From positions 124,001 through 188,000 of the forward strand of contig JAQGDQ010000064.1 in the NCBI GenBank assembly GCA_030141605.1: a DNA stretch of 64,000 nucleotides, in the 5' to 3' direction. Below the pieces are notes generated by a model that was given only the letters and a program-made list of their open reading frames with translations, did no database searches and was not told the DNA's origin. This document shows, one piece after another, positions 28,335 through 42,404 of the stretch (the stretch's first letter is position 1; each line of letters opens with the position of its first letter). The translations under genes were made by a program, and so were the position numbers. This stretch comes from Tubiluchus corallicola (Eukaryota > Animalia > Priapulida).

Positions 28335-28415
28335 GATATACTGAGTGAGGGCAGTGTGGATACAGAGACCAAAGTTAAGCATCTCTGAGTTTAGCCAGTG
28401 AATAGAAGGGTGACT
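28335..28415 (+). mobile_element. tRNA/5S chimeric SINE-like head, copy 3
   Basis: ATACTGAGTG...ACCAAAGTTAAGCA...CAGTGAATAGAAGGGTGAC. Confidence 0.45.
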
Positions 28416-31400
28416 TTTCCAGCCATCTTGCCTACCGAGTACATACCACCTAGAAAGCCGGTGCATAGTCAATGCAAAAGACGCCTCTTCTGATTCAAAG
28501 CAGAATAACTAAATCATTAAGTATTTTACAAAATTATACATAATAATGAGCTGTTTTCTGTCCCGTCCATCTACAAAAGTAAGCCTGTATCCCAGCTTGT
28601 ACAGTACCAAACTGTACCAAGTTATCACATAAACGAATTGTAACTACTTTGTCTAATCTTTGTAGACTATAAACCGAGCAATTTGATATTCATTTTGAGT
28701 GATTCTCAAGCGCTTAACAATTATTTTAGTATACAATTCAAAGATTCAAGATTTTATGTATTTAAAGGACGTTGACTACACATCAAAATGACTTTTTTAG
28801 TTACAGATATAATATGAGCACCAAGATGAATTTAGAATAAAACACAGCTGAGTAAATTTGATTTAATAGGCTTGTATTATTATGTAGTATGTGAATGATT
28901 TGATCAAAGTAGGCATCGAATACACATTTAATTCACACACAACGTATTAGAATACAAGCTTATTAAATCAGATTTAATCAGCTGTAGAAATCGAAGACGT
29001 AAAAACGGCGAATCGGTCACTACTACTATCGACGCACGGGTAGATTAGGTACACTGTGATAAATACGGAATTATTTATGAAGATCTTATAGTTTGTTCGT
29101 GATGCAATCACCAGATTAGCCGTGTGATATTACTGAGTTTTTATGAGCAGTTTCGTTTATGATGTGTAGTAAATGAATGGTTTTGTCATTGTTACTAAAA
29201 GACTTGAAAATTAGTTAAGTTCTTAATGTGACTGGTAGCGTGATTAAATAGAACTTGAAACATTCTCCGGGCAAAAAATCATGAATAAAAGCGATGATTT
29301 GTTCATTTTCTATAATCTGCCGTTTTTGCTACCATTTTTTGAACTTCCGAAAAATTTTTACTTAACAATGATTTAAATAAATGCAAAACAACTCTGAAAA
29401 CTCGAATAACTGATATTGTTCTGCTGTTCATTTTTTGATTTAAAATCTCTTGTTGCAGTAAGTCTGCTACTTTTGCTACTTCTATATGCGATAGTCCGAA
29501 GTCCTTACCTATTTTGGTCTGACTGCTTTCATAGCATTTTAACGCTTATTTGAGAGTTCAACTACGTTAAATTTGTTGTGCTTTCCTTTACGCTCTCTTA
29601 ATACGATAATCTTGTCAGCAAAATATTTTCTTTCAGAAAATACTTTTACTAGATATGATTGCCCATTAACGCACTGGACTCAGAAATCAAATATTATAAA
29701 GTCTATTCGCTGTCCGAAGCTACAAGAGTAACTGCGATTTACAAAAGAGCTACCTGACATTTCTTTAGAAAAGTATTAAACTAGTGTCCTCCAGTTACTG
29801 AAAAAAACAAGAAACGAGTCCATTATTACATTGGCAGTATTGCGCAGAAAATTAGATGTCATTTTACCGATCTTATAAGCTAAAATTACAAGCAGTACTG
29901 CTTATCACAGAATCACAGAATTTGCGCGCCTTTGATCTATATGAAATAACATCCTTTATGTCTCGATTTTGTTCAGTAAGTGTGTAAAAGTGCTTCTTTC
30001 ACAAGAAATTTCCGCACCCAAGGTGTAATGCTGTTAGACGTCCATTGATGACTATGAAGCGTAAATGCTTTTTGTAGAAAAGCGACAAGAAAACTATTAG
30101 CGAGGACTGAATTAGCCATGCAATTGTGAATGACAAAAAGAGAAACACATTTATGCGGGCAAAACCGTTTATTATCTATCGCAATTAACGCTTGCATTAG
30201 GGAAGTTAATACGAAATCCCAGCAGATCATACATTTTTTCTCATTCTGTTCAAACGTGGACTACTTGTAGAACATGGCGTCTGACTTCTGGTGCACTTGT
30301 TACAACCATATCTCTGTCCAAACAAATATCACAACCTATAATGTATTTTCGTTCGCTTAAACGTCACTTAATTTTTGATTAACCAGCTCAGGAGACTATA
30401 TTGACCGACCATTTCAGAATACTCAAAATATATGATGAGCAAAATCTGTATTTTTGTTACTGCCTGGAGCGAGTAAATAAACTAGATTGACTCTACTTCT
30501 AGAATTGCTGCTGCTTGCAGACCTATAAAAGAGAATTTTCTTGGTTGAAAACAGAAACGAAAATACAAACTGCATAAAGCATTTATAGAAATAACGCCAT
30601 TTAAGAAAACCGAAACCGAAAATAATAATTTGTTTCCAAAGACATAAATTCGGTAAAATCACAACCGAAACTCAAACCATTCCAGAAGTGAGAAAATTTA
30701 ACAAAGAGAAAAGTACACTAGAAAAAAGTCATTCCACCTCATTCGTTGTCTTAATTATCATTTGTGTTTTGAAGAACACATCTTCATTTTGAGTAGTTCC
30801 TTTTAATACTTAAAAATAGTTATCCGAAAGCCACATATGCAGAGGCTAGATACTATTTTAAGCGTAGCAGAATTACACCACAGACAACTAATCGCTGAAC
30901 GATATCTCCACCCTACAGCATTATTGGAGAACTGGAATTTATGCGCGCTTAATACTGTGGCTTGAAAACTCTTTCTGTTATAAGGATTCTCCGTCAAATA
31001 ATGTTTTCCCGCATATTATAGCCTCAGGTAACTAAAAAAGAACATCAACAGTAGGACTAATTTTCGCCCAACATATTCACTGTTAACGTCATTTCTGTTA
31101 GTGTCATGTTTGTGTACTTACCACGAGAGTCCACATTATTACGGACATACTACCCCTTGAAAGGTTTTTAATCACTATAAAATGCATGTGAAAAAAGACC
31201 GATTACAAGTGAGCGTTTAATGGGAAATTTGCGCGTTGTTTATGAAACTATGAACGTATCATGAGCTTTTATCGCCCGTTATAATAATTATTTACAACCT
31301 ATTTTGTTCTTGAATATTTCTTTAGAAACGTGTTATTATCGTGATACTCAAAGGTGAAAAGAAAGTGGCAGGCAAACAAAAAAGAGAAGGTTGACAGGAA

Positions 31401-31554
31401 ATATATTTCCAAGGAACAAAAGGTGCAGATAGGAGCACAATTTTTGCTGCTCTGCCCAAAAATGTCCAACAGTCAAGCTAAATGCTATATTTATTCCTTC
31501 TTTCGTTTTACTTTCCTTTTTTGTTTGTTTGTTTCTGTCTTTCTCTCTTTCTAG

Positions 31555-31558
<4 letters not shown>

Positions 31559-31629
<71 letters not shown>
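31559..31629. repeat. (CT)n microsatellite
   Basis: Directly visible. Confidence 0.98.
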
Positions 31630-31634
<5 letters not shown>

Positions 31635-32417
31635 TTCTCTTTACTGTCTCGTGTTTGCAACTGGGGTTATATTAGTACCAATTATTTGTGAATGGAGAAT
31701 GTAATTTTGAACCAGCACAACTAAATTGGAGAAAAATAGAAAAGCGAACAACGATTTGCTTCTACACAGGAGCAAGGTGAAAAACAAGAGACATTTTGTT
31801 TTGATGGAATCCTGCGCTCATTAGTGCACAGTACAATAGAATATTGGGTTTAGGTTTATTTGTAAAAGTACAAACAAAAATGACAGTCACAATTTCTGAC
31901 TGAGCTAAGAGATTTTTACTAATTGCTTATGTATGATACCGTATATTGTACTGTACGTATAACTTTCTTTTCACACGCCAATGAGCATAGGAATACCATT
32001 AATAAATGTCCGATTGCTAAGGAGTGTTCTCATTTTCTCATTGCTCTACGCGTAGAAGCAATCAGTGTCCGCTTTCGTGTTTTCCGCAATTTAATTGTAC
32101 TCGTTTCTCCAATCCATTATAGAACTAATGCAAATAAATGAAATGTGACAAGCTGGTTGCAATCGTAATTGATTTCAGGGAGGTGATACACATCGTCCCA
32201 TCATGTGTAACAAGCAGCACTGCTAGTGAGAATGTCACCAGGTTAGTTGAGAACACCTATCACTATCGATTACTAATAAATGGCATAAGTAATACATGTT
32301 TGATAATATCAATAATAATAATAATAATACGGAAACGCACTTTTCCACTAATATGGTGAATGCTTTTGAAATTTCAATGATAGCAAATACTTTTTAGAGC
32401 TCTTTTTAGAGTACTTG

Positions 32418-32714
32418 TGGGGCTGTCTTAACGGATGGGCACACTAGGTAGTTCCCCGGGGCCCCACGAGAACAGGTGTCCATTGCTAATCGATGTATGC
32501 GTTTTTCAAGGCTCATATGATATTGCTCAAACGTCTGTGTTGATTAATCTTTCCTGCACAACACGTTTTTTAATCTTTAAACATGATTTTGTTGGAAATA
32601 CCAATACAATAATTATGTATTTAATTTTATCGACGATTTACATTTTTAATCCTTTCATTGGTTGGTTATCACTGATTTGCCCAGGGGCCTATAATGCTGT
32701 TAAGAACCGGCCTG
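32418..32714. mobile_element. hAT-like MITE
   Basis: Imperfect TIRs GGGCTGTCTTAAC / GTTAAGAACCGGCCTG with subterminal CCC.GGGGCC motifs. Confidence 0.6.
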
Positions 32715-33514
32715 GCTAGTGGCTATCTCCGTCTCCTATTGCTTCCTCCCTTCTCCTTCTCTCACTCAGTTCTTTTTCTCTTGTCTTTTGTGATCTCTTT
32801 TATTTATCTTTATTTACATTTCCCCTCTTTCCATCCGTTTAGTTCACTCACAATCATGTATTTTCGTATCATATACTCATTTCTTATTTCATTATGTTGC
32901 AGCGTGTAAGCACAAGATTATATGAAATTAGCGCAGAAGTTATGTTGGAATAAACAGTTGGTGCAAAACGCACTATTAAAGTCAGAACAAAGAAAAATTG
33001 TGACCCGCGTTATTAAATTATGATAGCGTTTTATAGAAGTATTACGCAGGTGAAGATAAATTGCTGAGCAAACACTTCCATAATGGCCATGTACAATTCG
33101 TGTGTGATAATAAATTTGCCTTCGTGACAGTAATAACAGTAACACGGTGATGTGTAGCTTCATATCTGTTCATATGGCCACCGTTGGGAATTCGTTACAT
33201 GATCATGCTCATATCCGATTGTTGCTGACCATCTACACGAAGCGGCTCATTACAGAACCGGCTTCTGGAAAAATTGAGCTAGAAAAACGCTCTACTGCGT
33301 GGTGATTAACTATATTTTGTAATGTTAATTAGTATAATGAATATACAATAACATGTAAACAACAGGGCGCGAAAGTTTACTTATTCTGAGAAGCTAAATC
33401 AGTGACTTTACTCACAACTGATTAAAATTACCTGTTATCAGTGACAAAAGTGTTCAGTTATTGGCATTACATTGTAAAGAGAACTGGACCAATTTTAAAG
33501 TTTCTTAACTAGCC

Positions 33515-33558
33515 ATGTTAAGTAGCACAAGCAGTGGAGCTGGATGTGGAACTGATTG
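33515..33558 (+). CDS. Candidate alternative first coding exon (MLSSTSSGAGCGTD + 2 nt)
   Basis: gccATG Kozak context, 14 codons + TG, donor TTG|GTGAGT at 33559 (phase 2). In frame with exon 39981. Confidence 0.5.
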
Positions 33559-35202
33559 GTGAGTATATTCTCTTTATCGCTTTTTTGTGCGCCCTGTTTA
33601 TAGCAAATAAAAAAAATGAAGTTTGAGCAAGGCGACAGTCACTGTGGTAACGACGTGTTGCATTGTTTTTCAGCATAATTTTGCGATCAAAATTGATTTC
33701 TTTTTGACAATTCATTCCTTGTGCCTTCGTTTTTGTGCAATTACAACAAAATATTTAACTGTTATAAGATGCCGAACCCGGAGGGGACTTGCCAACACTA
33801 GTCAAACACGCGTATAAGCTTTGAAAAATTTACCTATTTCCCGTGCAGACGCGCAGGTTTTAAAAGTAATGTCGTTTCCTCTGTAGTCTCCGTCTTGTTC
33901 AAGATAAAATAATCAACATTCTGAGTTGTAATTGAACAAAACGTTCTTGAACCTTCATTAAGTTTTATGAATTTCTAATAAATATAATTTCGACTTGGAA
34001 CAATGCTATCTGCCTATTTCCCAGAGCTTTAAAGAGTCTCAGTGTTTTTGTTCTTGAATATTCCAAAAAACTTTTGCAAAATGCCCTCTGGCTTTAATTC
34101 CTTGTGGTACCTTGCACTATACAAAGTATTTACAGCTCAAACTCGATTTACAAACACAAAATTTGCTAAAATTGCTAACAAGGTTTCATTGTCTAGTTTG
34201 GTTTGGGGGATTTATTCTAGACTGTAATGAAGTTATCTTGGGTTGAATAATCTGCCATTGGACCTGGAATTTTGAAAATAAACGGGATTAGGAAGTCTTA
34301 CTGTAGAACATCTATGTGCTAACATAGACTTTATGGAGAATTTACGATTTATTGGTCATTATAGTTAACAGAGAAAAAAGCAATGGTGGGTGTTATTCTT
34401 TTGCATTTTTGAAATTTGATTTATTAGTGATTAATTAAATTAATATTAAAGAAAAACCGAACCCAATCTTAAACTGTAACAGAAAACAACCTAAACTATA
34501 AAATACTGAAAGGGAACATACATTTTTTCAAGAATGACGTACGTGAAAGAATTATTACTACAGAAATCCAATTTCGCGTTCACGCGGCTAGTGCTTCGCT
34601 GTTACGCTAGTTCGAATTTGATCATTCGCTAGTTAAACGGGCCCTAGCACCTACATCTCGGAAACGCGTTGCATAAAAAACAGGTGCTGTACCTCTCAGT
34701 TCAGAGATGTTCGGCTGTGACATAATGCACACGCTTGAGAGCTCATGTGTGAGCACAGCGGTAAACTTGAAATTTGAATTTTATACTTAAAATTTACCGA
34801 ATTTTTGTATATCATACTGAATGTTGTGCAGTAGCATTGTACTTCAACTTTCGCTTTTGCTAACACGCAACGCGCTCGTGGCATATTTGTGCTGTTGAAA
34901 ATTATGTTCAGTTGTGATGTCATTATTAGTTGGGCTTGCCGCCATTAATTAGGTTTTTTCGCCTCTTATTTCATTAACTGAAACATTTTTGGCATTATTG
35001 TTTGTGTTAAAATGTATCGTACTTTTTACCGTACTTTTACCTACCGCAAATAGGGTAGGATATGAAAAATTATCCTGTTTTCCTTTAATGAGAATTTTCA
35101 TGAGAACCTTTCTGAAACCCGCACTTTCGTACAGACGGGATTGGCAACAATAATACATTATCTCCTAGAATGTTTCAGTTTGCAATAATTATTGACCTTG
35201 AT

Positions 35203-35283
35203 GTGATGATAATAGTGATGATGATGGTGATGTTGCTGGTGATGATGATGACGATGATGATGATGATGGTGATAATGATGATA
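35203..35283. repeat. (GAT)n imperfect microsatellite
   Basis: Directly visible. Confidence 0.92.
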
Positions 35284-35627
35284 AACAACAGCAATAACAA
35301 GAACAACAAAGAGCGGCAAGAACAGCCTTCACCATCGTGCTACAGAAACAGCAACAACAAATGCCAATAGCCTTAACTTTGAAGGATAAAAGCAGTTAAG
35401 GCGTTACTTTAAAACTTAATTTAAAAGTGTTAGAAGAGCCGCTTTACCATGCAGTGAAACACTTCAGGCTAAGCTGTGCGTTACCACAAATATGAATGAA
35501 TGAATCCGAGGGCTAAAGATCACCTTTAAAGCCCTTTAAATGTCACATTGAAACCAACGAAGAGCAGTTTGTTAAAAAGAGCAACTTAATAAATATTATT
35601 AACAGTATAATGTTAGTAGGGTATATG

Positions 35628-35836
35628 CAAGGGCCTCTCGTAAGAACTAGAAATGAGTATGTCGTGTAGTGAGGTGGACCCAGAGCCCCTGTGTTCTTAA
35701 GACTAGAAAGCAGATGAATACAGGTTGTGGCGCCAACCAGCTTATTCTTTCCTAAAATTGGAATTCGAAGACGGAAGTTTAGTGCCCCAAATAAATGAAT
35801 ACAGTCGTTGGCACAGTCATGTTCAAGGAGGCCCCG
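35628..35836. mobile_element. Degraded hAT-like MITE
   Basis: Ends CAAGGGCCTCTCGTAAGAAC / GTTCAAGGAGGCCCCG are roughly inverted, with internal GCCCC motifs. Confidence 0.3.
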
Positions 35837-38725
35837 TTTCAAGCCTTAAATTTTATATTCAGATTCATATTTATTAGTGCCAAAAATATAAACAATACAA
35901 AAAACCAAACATACATACAATTTCAATTTTGAATAGTGACACTGCAGACAAACAGTGTACAAAAACCTAACGAATATGCGCATGTGCTAATCAAAAAAGG
36001 AAGATCGTGTTTGTTCTGCAAATTTCTGACTGTGAAAAGCTATTCACGATACAAAAAGCAATTTAACACGCATGTAGCAAGCAGTTAATTTAAAAACGTG
36101 TGTAGAATAGCTAGCCATTCAATACATCGAACAAAAGTGCTTTTAAGGTGCTGCTGTTCAGTAACTGATCACGTACCTTGCAATGAAGGGGGTACACTCC
36201 ATAGCTACAGCCATCCGTACTACTGTCGCTACTGTTCCAAAAACGTCTTTCTGGCTGCATTGCTTCGCTACGCAATATTTTGTTGACAAAATGTGTCAGA
36301 TTATTAATATACGAAGGCAATGTGACCAGTCACAAAATGACGAACAACTAATACGAGAATGTAAAGTTACTTTCAGGGCACCGATTTCCCTCGCCAGTCA
36401 CAGATACAGACACTTCGATTGATTTATGTAGAGAAGAAATTGAAGTGACTGGAGCTCTCCATGTTTCCTACTCCATCCATCCATTCCTCTTCATTCAGAC
36501 AGCATTGATAAGCTGGTAAGAAAGTAGCAGTCAAAGCAGAATGTTATGATCACGAGGAAGAACTTCTCTAAATGCGAAAACCTTCGTCTATTAGTTTAGT
36601 CTTCTTCCAGCTCCTTCGCTGGAATATTGATGTCGAGTGCAAACTTGGAGGCATTGGAGGGGATCCGACTAACAACTTAATCCATTTAAGTTGCCATTAA
36701 TTAGACTATGACCGTCAATGCCAGAATGTTCATAAACCATTCCATTTATTTTACAACGTTTGCGGGTAATGAGTTGAAGAAAGAAAGAAGACACCGAAAA
36801 ATTGTGAACCTGTCGGTCTATTTGAGTAGTAGGCGAAGTTTTCTGTAATCTTTCAACTTATAAGATTACAAGTATCACACAATACTGATTTCTACGACGC
36901 AATATAATAGAGAACAGGCTTCTTCCACAGCGGGAGTAATTAGCTGTCGAATGACACCCTCCGATCAATAAGTGATTTACTGAACAATGAAAAAGCCGTA
37001 GCAGGTGTGCGGAAAATATTTTTACTACCATTTCCTATATCAAATAAGAAGCGATAAATTCTTAATAGGTTATTAATGGTTGTCATTATTGGAAGGGTGG
37101 CTGTCACGTTATCTATACTGACCGAGTCTCAGAAGGAGGAAATGAGTTTGGTCTAGTTTAAACAAAAAAAAAACGCTTTACCTGGAACGTGCGTTGCTAT
37201 CTATCGACACAAAATTATTGTGAGAAAGTAAGGAACAGAATGTCACATTTATAACCGTTAATATTGTAAAATTATATTTGCAAAATCGTGTTCCGCCTTG
37301 AAAACGATACGTTGATCTTCACTCTGAGCATGGTATATCATTTTTTTCTACTAAAGCTGGAGTGTCTTTTTGTTCACCCTTTTTGCATGTTTAAGGCATA
37401 GTGTTGATAGATTCAAAATAGTTATTTAGTAAATAGTTACATAAGTAAAATACCGGTTAATGGTTTGTGACATCAGCACAATAAGCTTGTCAAAAATTAA
37501 AAATAAATCGCCTTGGCTGCCATGTTTATATAAAATTCAAATCATGAAATCCTACTGTCTATGGAGATTCTATATACATCGTGCTAAAAGAGTTCCTATC
37601 AAAGTGCGTCTACCAACTTTATTGTCCACATTTTTACCAAACATTTGGTATCCGACACTTTTCAACTGGATTTTTGTAACTCATCTAGGAATTTCGTAAC
37701 TTGAATACTTAGAAACTGAACGGGCTAGTAATTTTTATCTTAAGATAGCTACAGGACTTTTCCTCATAACTTTAAAACATGAACACTTCGTAACTGTATT
37801 TTGTAGCGTTGACATTCTGTAACTGAACATTTGGCGAGTTATCTAACAAGTAATTACCAAGATATTGTTAATTTGTGAATGCATATAATAATACAATTTT
37901 CTAAAGTAGAACGTCTTTCCAAATTATAAATAAAAAATTTATTGTCACATTGGTTTTAAATTCTTTACTTACTTTGAGATTTCATTTCTCCAATTTTTTT
38001 GTGTCTCTTGTGACTCTTTTCTTTTCTTTTTATTGTATTCACAGCTTATATTCAGTTGTTCTGCTATGGTGTGACTTTTTAAAAAACCATTATTCATTTA
38101 TTTTTATTTTTATTTACCTATGTTATAATATTGATAACCGTGAGTCATTTTATCCATTTATCTGGTTGTATAAGAATCTAAATATCAAATGGTTGTCCGT
38201 GCTTAATAATATTCCATTATCAACTGAGTAGTCCTTGCCGAACGTCTTTGTTAGTACGTTGCTAACTGCCTGTGTAGAAAAGATTCGCTAATTTAGTTCA
38301 CAATTACAAAAAAAGTACCGAAAGGCTACGAACTCCCCAAATTCAGTTGCGAAACGTCGCAATATTTACTGTGGATTCAAGATTCGTTTATTCCACATAG
38401 CACAACACATAATAGAGTCAATGTTACAGTATTAAACCATGTAAATTTATAATTTAACAATTATTTAATTACAATATAACAGTGTAAATAATTTAAAGAA
38501 AGTTGCAGTAATGCATTATGACACAAGTCCCCTTGAAGCCTAGCTAGAAGGGAATCTTGAAAGGTGGAATGGATTTAAACGTAAGTCAACAGTTATGGTT
38601 GGTACAGGATAATGAAAAGAGGAAACTGGGAGACAAGGAAAACAACAAAATTTGACTGGCTTCAAAAATGACGTTAAGTATATACTAACGTTGTATTTAG
38701 ATGTACTGTAACGTTAGCGTCCTAA

Positions 38726-38900
38726 AGTGGCGTTTACCTAACATCCGGAATGCGTATGCGTTATGAAGAATAGATAAAATTGATTCATATTGCTTTCAAT
38801 GCAACCGTTTATCAGGCCTACGTTATGCGTTATTTTTCTGCAGCTATTTTCTATTGATGTTTAATTCGCAGTTATTCCGCAGGTGGATAACGCATAACAC
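38726..38900. mobile_element. Truncated inverted copy of the same MITE family
   Basis: Starts TAA|AGTGGCGTTTACCTAACATCC. Its interior is the reverse complement of about 39090-39263. Confidence 0.75.
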
Positions 38901-39019
38901 TAAAGAGTTAACATAGTCGACTATAATTTATGCCACTTGTACTATATGTAATTAACTTCACTGCTTTTAAACCATTTTGCATCATGTTAGTTTTATTTCT
39001 TATTGGCTTGCCATAGTAA

Positions 39020-39301
39020 AGTGGCGTTTACATAGCATCCAAAATTCGTACGCTTCAAATGGCGTTTTCCTAGTATCTGGAATGCGTATGCGTTATAACG
39101 CATGGAATAACTGAGGAATAAAAGTTGATAGAAAATAGCTGCAGAAAAGATAACGCACAACGCAGGTCTGATAAACGTGTGCATTGAAAACAATAAAAAC
39201 CGATTTTATCTATTCCGCACCCTCACAACGCATACGCATTCTGGATGCTAGGTAAACGCCACTTAACGCGTACGCATTTCGGATGCTAGGTAAACGTCAC
39301 T
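39020..39301. mobile_element. PIF/Harbinger-like MITE with doubled TIRs and TAA target-site duplication
   Basis: TAA|AGTGGCGTTTACATAGCATCC ... GGATGCTAGGTAAACGTCACT|TAA. A second, inner TIR pair spans 39058-39263. Confidence 0.8.
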
Positions 39302-39980
39302 TAATGCTGCAATAATAATATAGTTAGAACACTAATTTCGCGGTGATTTATAGCATAGATTGATCGGACTGATTAAACGCCATATCCAACGCCAGTCGCA
39401 AGTACATTATCCCGGCATATCCTTGCAAACTCGCTCTCTGAGCACACGAGTAATAAGTGCATTATGATGCGAAATTTATTCAGTTAAATTTCCCGACACT
39501 TCGACAGGTAACACTTTGGCTGTCATGTAAATTTTAACAATTATTGCACGAAATAAACAACCGAATTGATCTATTTCTACACCAAACGTAAATCGTTTTT
39601 CTTTTTATGTGTAAATTGTTGTTTTGAGCTATTACTTCGGTTAATTAAGGAAAAAAATTCCACAATTAGTCATTAACTCATTAATTAATCATTCAATTTG
39701 CTTTTATTTATGCAGTTAAAAATATGTTGTATCGATTAAATCGATTAACAATCAAGTGTTGGTGAATCTTAATAAATTTACATTCGGAATTTGAATTTGA
39801 TTCAAGATTGAAAGCTTTGTAATGTCAAAATACATAACAGAGCAGGCCAGAGGAAATGCAAAAAACCGCAATAATTTATAAACACTGGCAATCACACTCA
39901 TATTCTAACTTACTAAAGAAAATAGATTATTGTGTGTGATTTTTACAATTAATATTATTTTATTTTATTTTGCTTTACAG

Positions 39981-40046
39981 TCGCCGACAGAGTGTGGACG
40001 TGAGACGTTTCAGTCAAATATTGGACACGTCAGCAGTTGCACAAAG
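39981..40046 (+). CDS. Internal 66-nt coding exon, phase 2-2 (x-RRQSVDVRRFSQILDTSAVAQ-)
   Basis: Long T-rich tract ending tttgctttacAG, consensus donor AAG|GTAAGT at 40047, length divisible by 3, GC above the flanks. The phase-2 frame matches the upstream candidate exons. The phase-0 frame (SPTECGRETFQSNIGHVSSCTK) is also open. Confidence 0.75.
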
Positions 40047-41849
40047 GTAAGTTTAAAAGTTTATGTTAATTATTAATGAAGATCTAATGGTAATCGACAG
40101 GGTTTGAGTTCAATGCTTGTCCTGGAGCTAAATTTTCTTTTCTTAATCCATTTTCACAATGAAACAAATCTAATAGAGTTATCGTTTAAACACTCAATAA
40201 TGAAGAGTTTCGAATAAACGCTGTTTAAGACAGTCGTTTTTTTGTCGTACCGAAAGTTTAAGTTTTCAACACACATCTCAGGGGTAACGCTTTTAAAATT
40301 TTTAAAGATATTTTGGACACTCAATACTTTTAAGTATTCCTTTGCTAACACTGAGTGAGTCTCTGGCGTCTGCTTAGTGCAAGCTTGCACTGTGATTCCA
40401 TCTACCGTGGACAACCGTTAGTTTAAAATGAAGCCATATCAATGGCTCTATGCCGAACCGGTTGATGTACAGCTGTTGAAATGATTATTAACCCAGAAAG
40501 TGAAACCTCGTGATCATATTCCAGCAGCATTAGTTCCAAAATGGAAAATAAAGGTTATTAATTTTGCTCCATTCAACCAAAGTTTAGTGACAGGTCTGCA
40601 TGATTTCACAATTTTATTCAATTTTACCCCGAAGGACGTGCGTTGCGACTTCAATGAAATGGCATTGGGATAACGACTTCAATTCACTGTCAGTTTATGA
40701 GAGTTCTTCGGCTAAAACTACAACTTTTGACTATTTAAGCAATTTAATTGAAACCTTTTAACAAAACATAATAATCATTATAAATGCTACATTCAGTTTA
40801 CAGTCATTTTCACAGAAAGGCAATAATATAATATCATATAATTTAACTTTTGAACTCTTTCACAAGGAGGAAACAAACTGCAGTTGTAGGAATATAGAAT
40901 TTTTAATGAGAAACCATATCTAGGTTACTAACAATAATCTGTCAATTTTTGTTACACCTCTAAACAACCACTAGGGGTGAAATGTTGCACCGTTAACAGT
41001 GATATCTAGTTTTCACTTGCTAACACAAAAATGAGGCAGACGTGTAACGGCTTTTCTCTCAATAAATTAAGGAAGCTGAACAAAATAATAAGTGTTGAAA
41101 AACGAAAAACAAAGACAAGATAAGATTAGATAAGATGAAGTGAGAAGTTTGTGGATACATTATTTTAATGAAATATTTTTTGGCTTGTTATTTACAAAAA
41201 AATTGATAACGTCTCACATCTATTTTTAGCATGCTTTTTTTCTATTGAGAAAACTTCCAAGCATTCAATTTCGCTTATTTTATGGGCAACCGTGGTTTAT
41301 TACAACATTTCCAAAGCGGAGTTTTCGGGACTTAGAAGCATCAAGTGCGCCATTATTCTTAAGGTCATGTGACGCTCTTCATTAATTAGGCTCAGTATGA
41401 GTTTGGGGTGTTGGTGATGATGGCTGGTGAGAAGAAGAGAAAGAGAGCGCGAAGAAGAAGCAGAAGTAGAAGGAGAAAAAGAAAGAAGAACGGTGGTGAT
41501 TATAAAAAAATCATTACTATTATGGCAGCAAAAGCACAAGTTCTTTATTTCGTTGATCTTTTTCGTTTTTTGTTTTGTTTGAAATTAAAAGAAGGAAAAT
41601 ATCCACGGGCACAGTAAATGCTGAGTATGACCGCCAGAGTGATCTTCAAAATGAGAACAATTGCATCTGTGTTCGTTAAGTCGGAGAAGATTTCTAATCA
41701 GCAAAAATCAAGAAGAAACTGAGGGTCAGACACTGGCAGATCTTATGAACTAAAGTAACTCTTTAGATTGTGAAACATCAGTGATAACTCCTGCACTAGT
41801 GCAGTTTACGTGACTTTGTGTAGCTTTAAGTTAACCTAAACTGGACGAG

Positions 41850-42205
41850 AAATTCAAGTTAGTCGAAACATTATTAATGTTTTTGAACAAGATCATTAAA
41901 ATCATTAGATCTTCTTAATGTCTACTATTTCAAGATGATTTTGCTTTAATTGTGCAGTGGTTAAATAGTCGAAATTCGACAACAAGTTTATTTTAGAAAT
42001 ATTATGATATCCTATAAGATGAATAGAATCATAGGATCACCGTGAGTGCCTGACATTTTAAAATGATTTTGCTTTAATTTGTATAGTGGTAAATTAATCT
42101 AAATCGGCTGAGAAGTTCAAGTTAGCCTAAATTGTATAAATATTATAGTATTCAACGAGATGACTAGAATCGTTAGATCGCCGTGAACGTCTGCTATTTT
42201 AAAGT
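41850..42205 (+). repeat. Degenerate tandem repeat, unit about 130 bp, about 2.7 copies
   Basis: Recurring atgattttgctttaatt...agtggt and agatga.tagaatc.t.gatc.ccgtga motifs. Confidence 0.75.
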
Positions 42206-42340
42206 TAAAATTATTTTACTGTGTTTTCTGAACTACCGCGTTAACTTAAACGCGTTGACGTATAGCCAGTTAAAAGGACTTATACGTACAACTATTTTGG
42301 AATAAACATTACTATAGGGTGGCGAGTAGCAGACAGAAAA

Positions 42341-42404
42341 ACCATAAGTTGTTGTACAGTTTGTGCGATCTGAGAGACCGGCCGTCTAATCGATCGTACT
42401 TTTA
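42341..42404 (+). repeat. 64-bp exact direct repeat, copy 1
   Basis: Identical to 43335-43398. Confidence 0.95.

Noticed and set aside
39981-40046. Naming the gene as PDE4/dunce or tyrosine hydroxylase from the RRxS motifs
   Set aside because: No diagnostic sequence (e.g. FDV.NG, RRESFLYRSD, or a hydroxylase domain) was found in the window.
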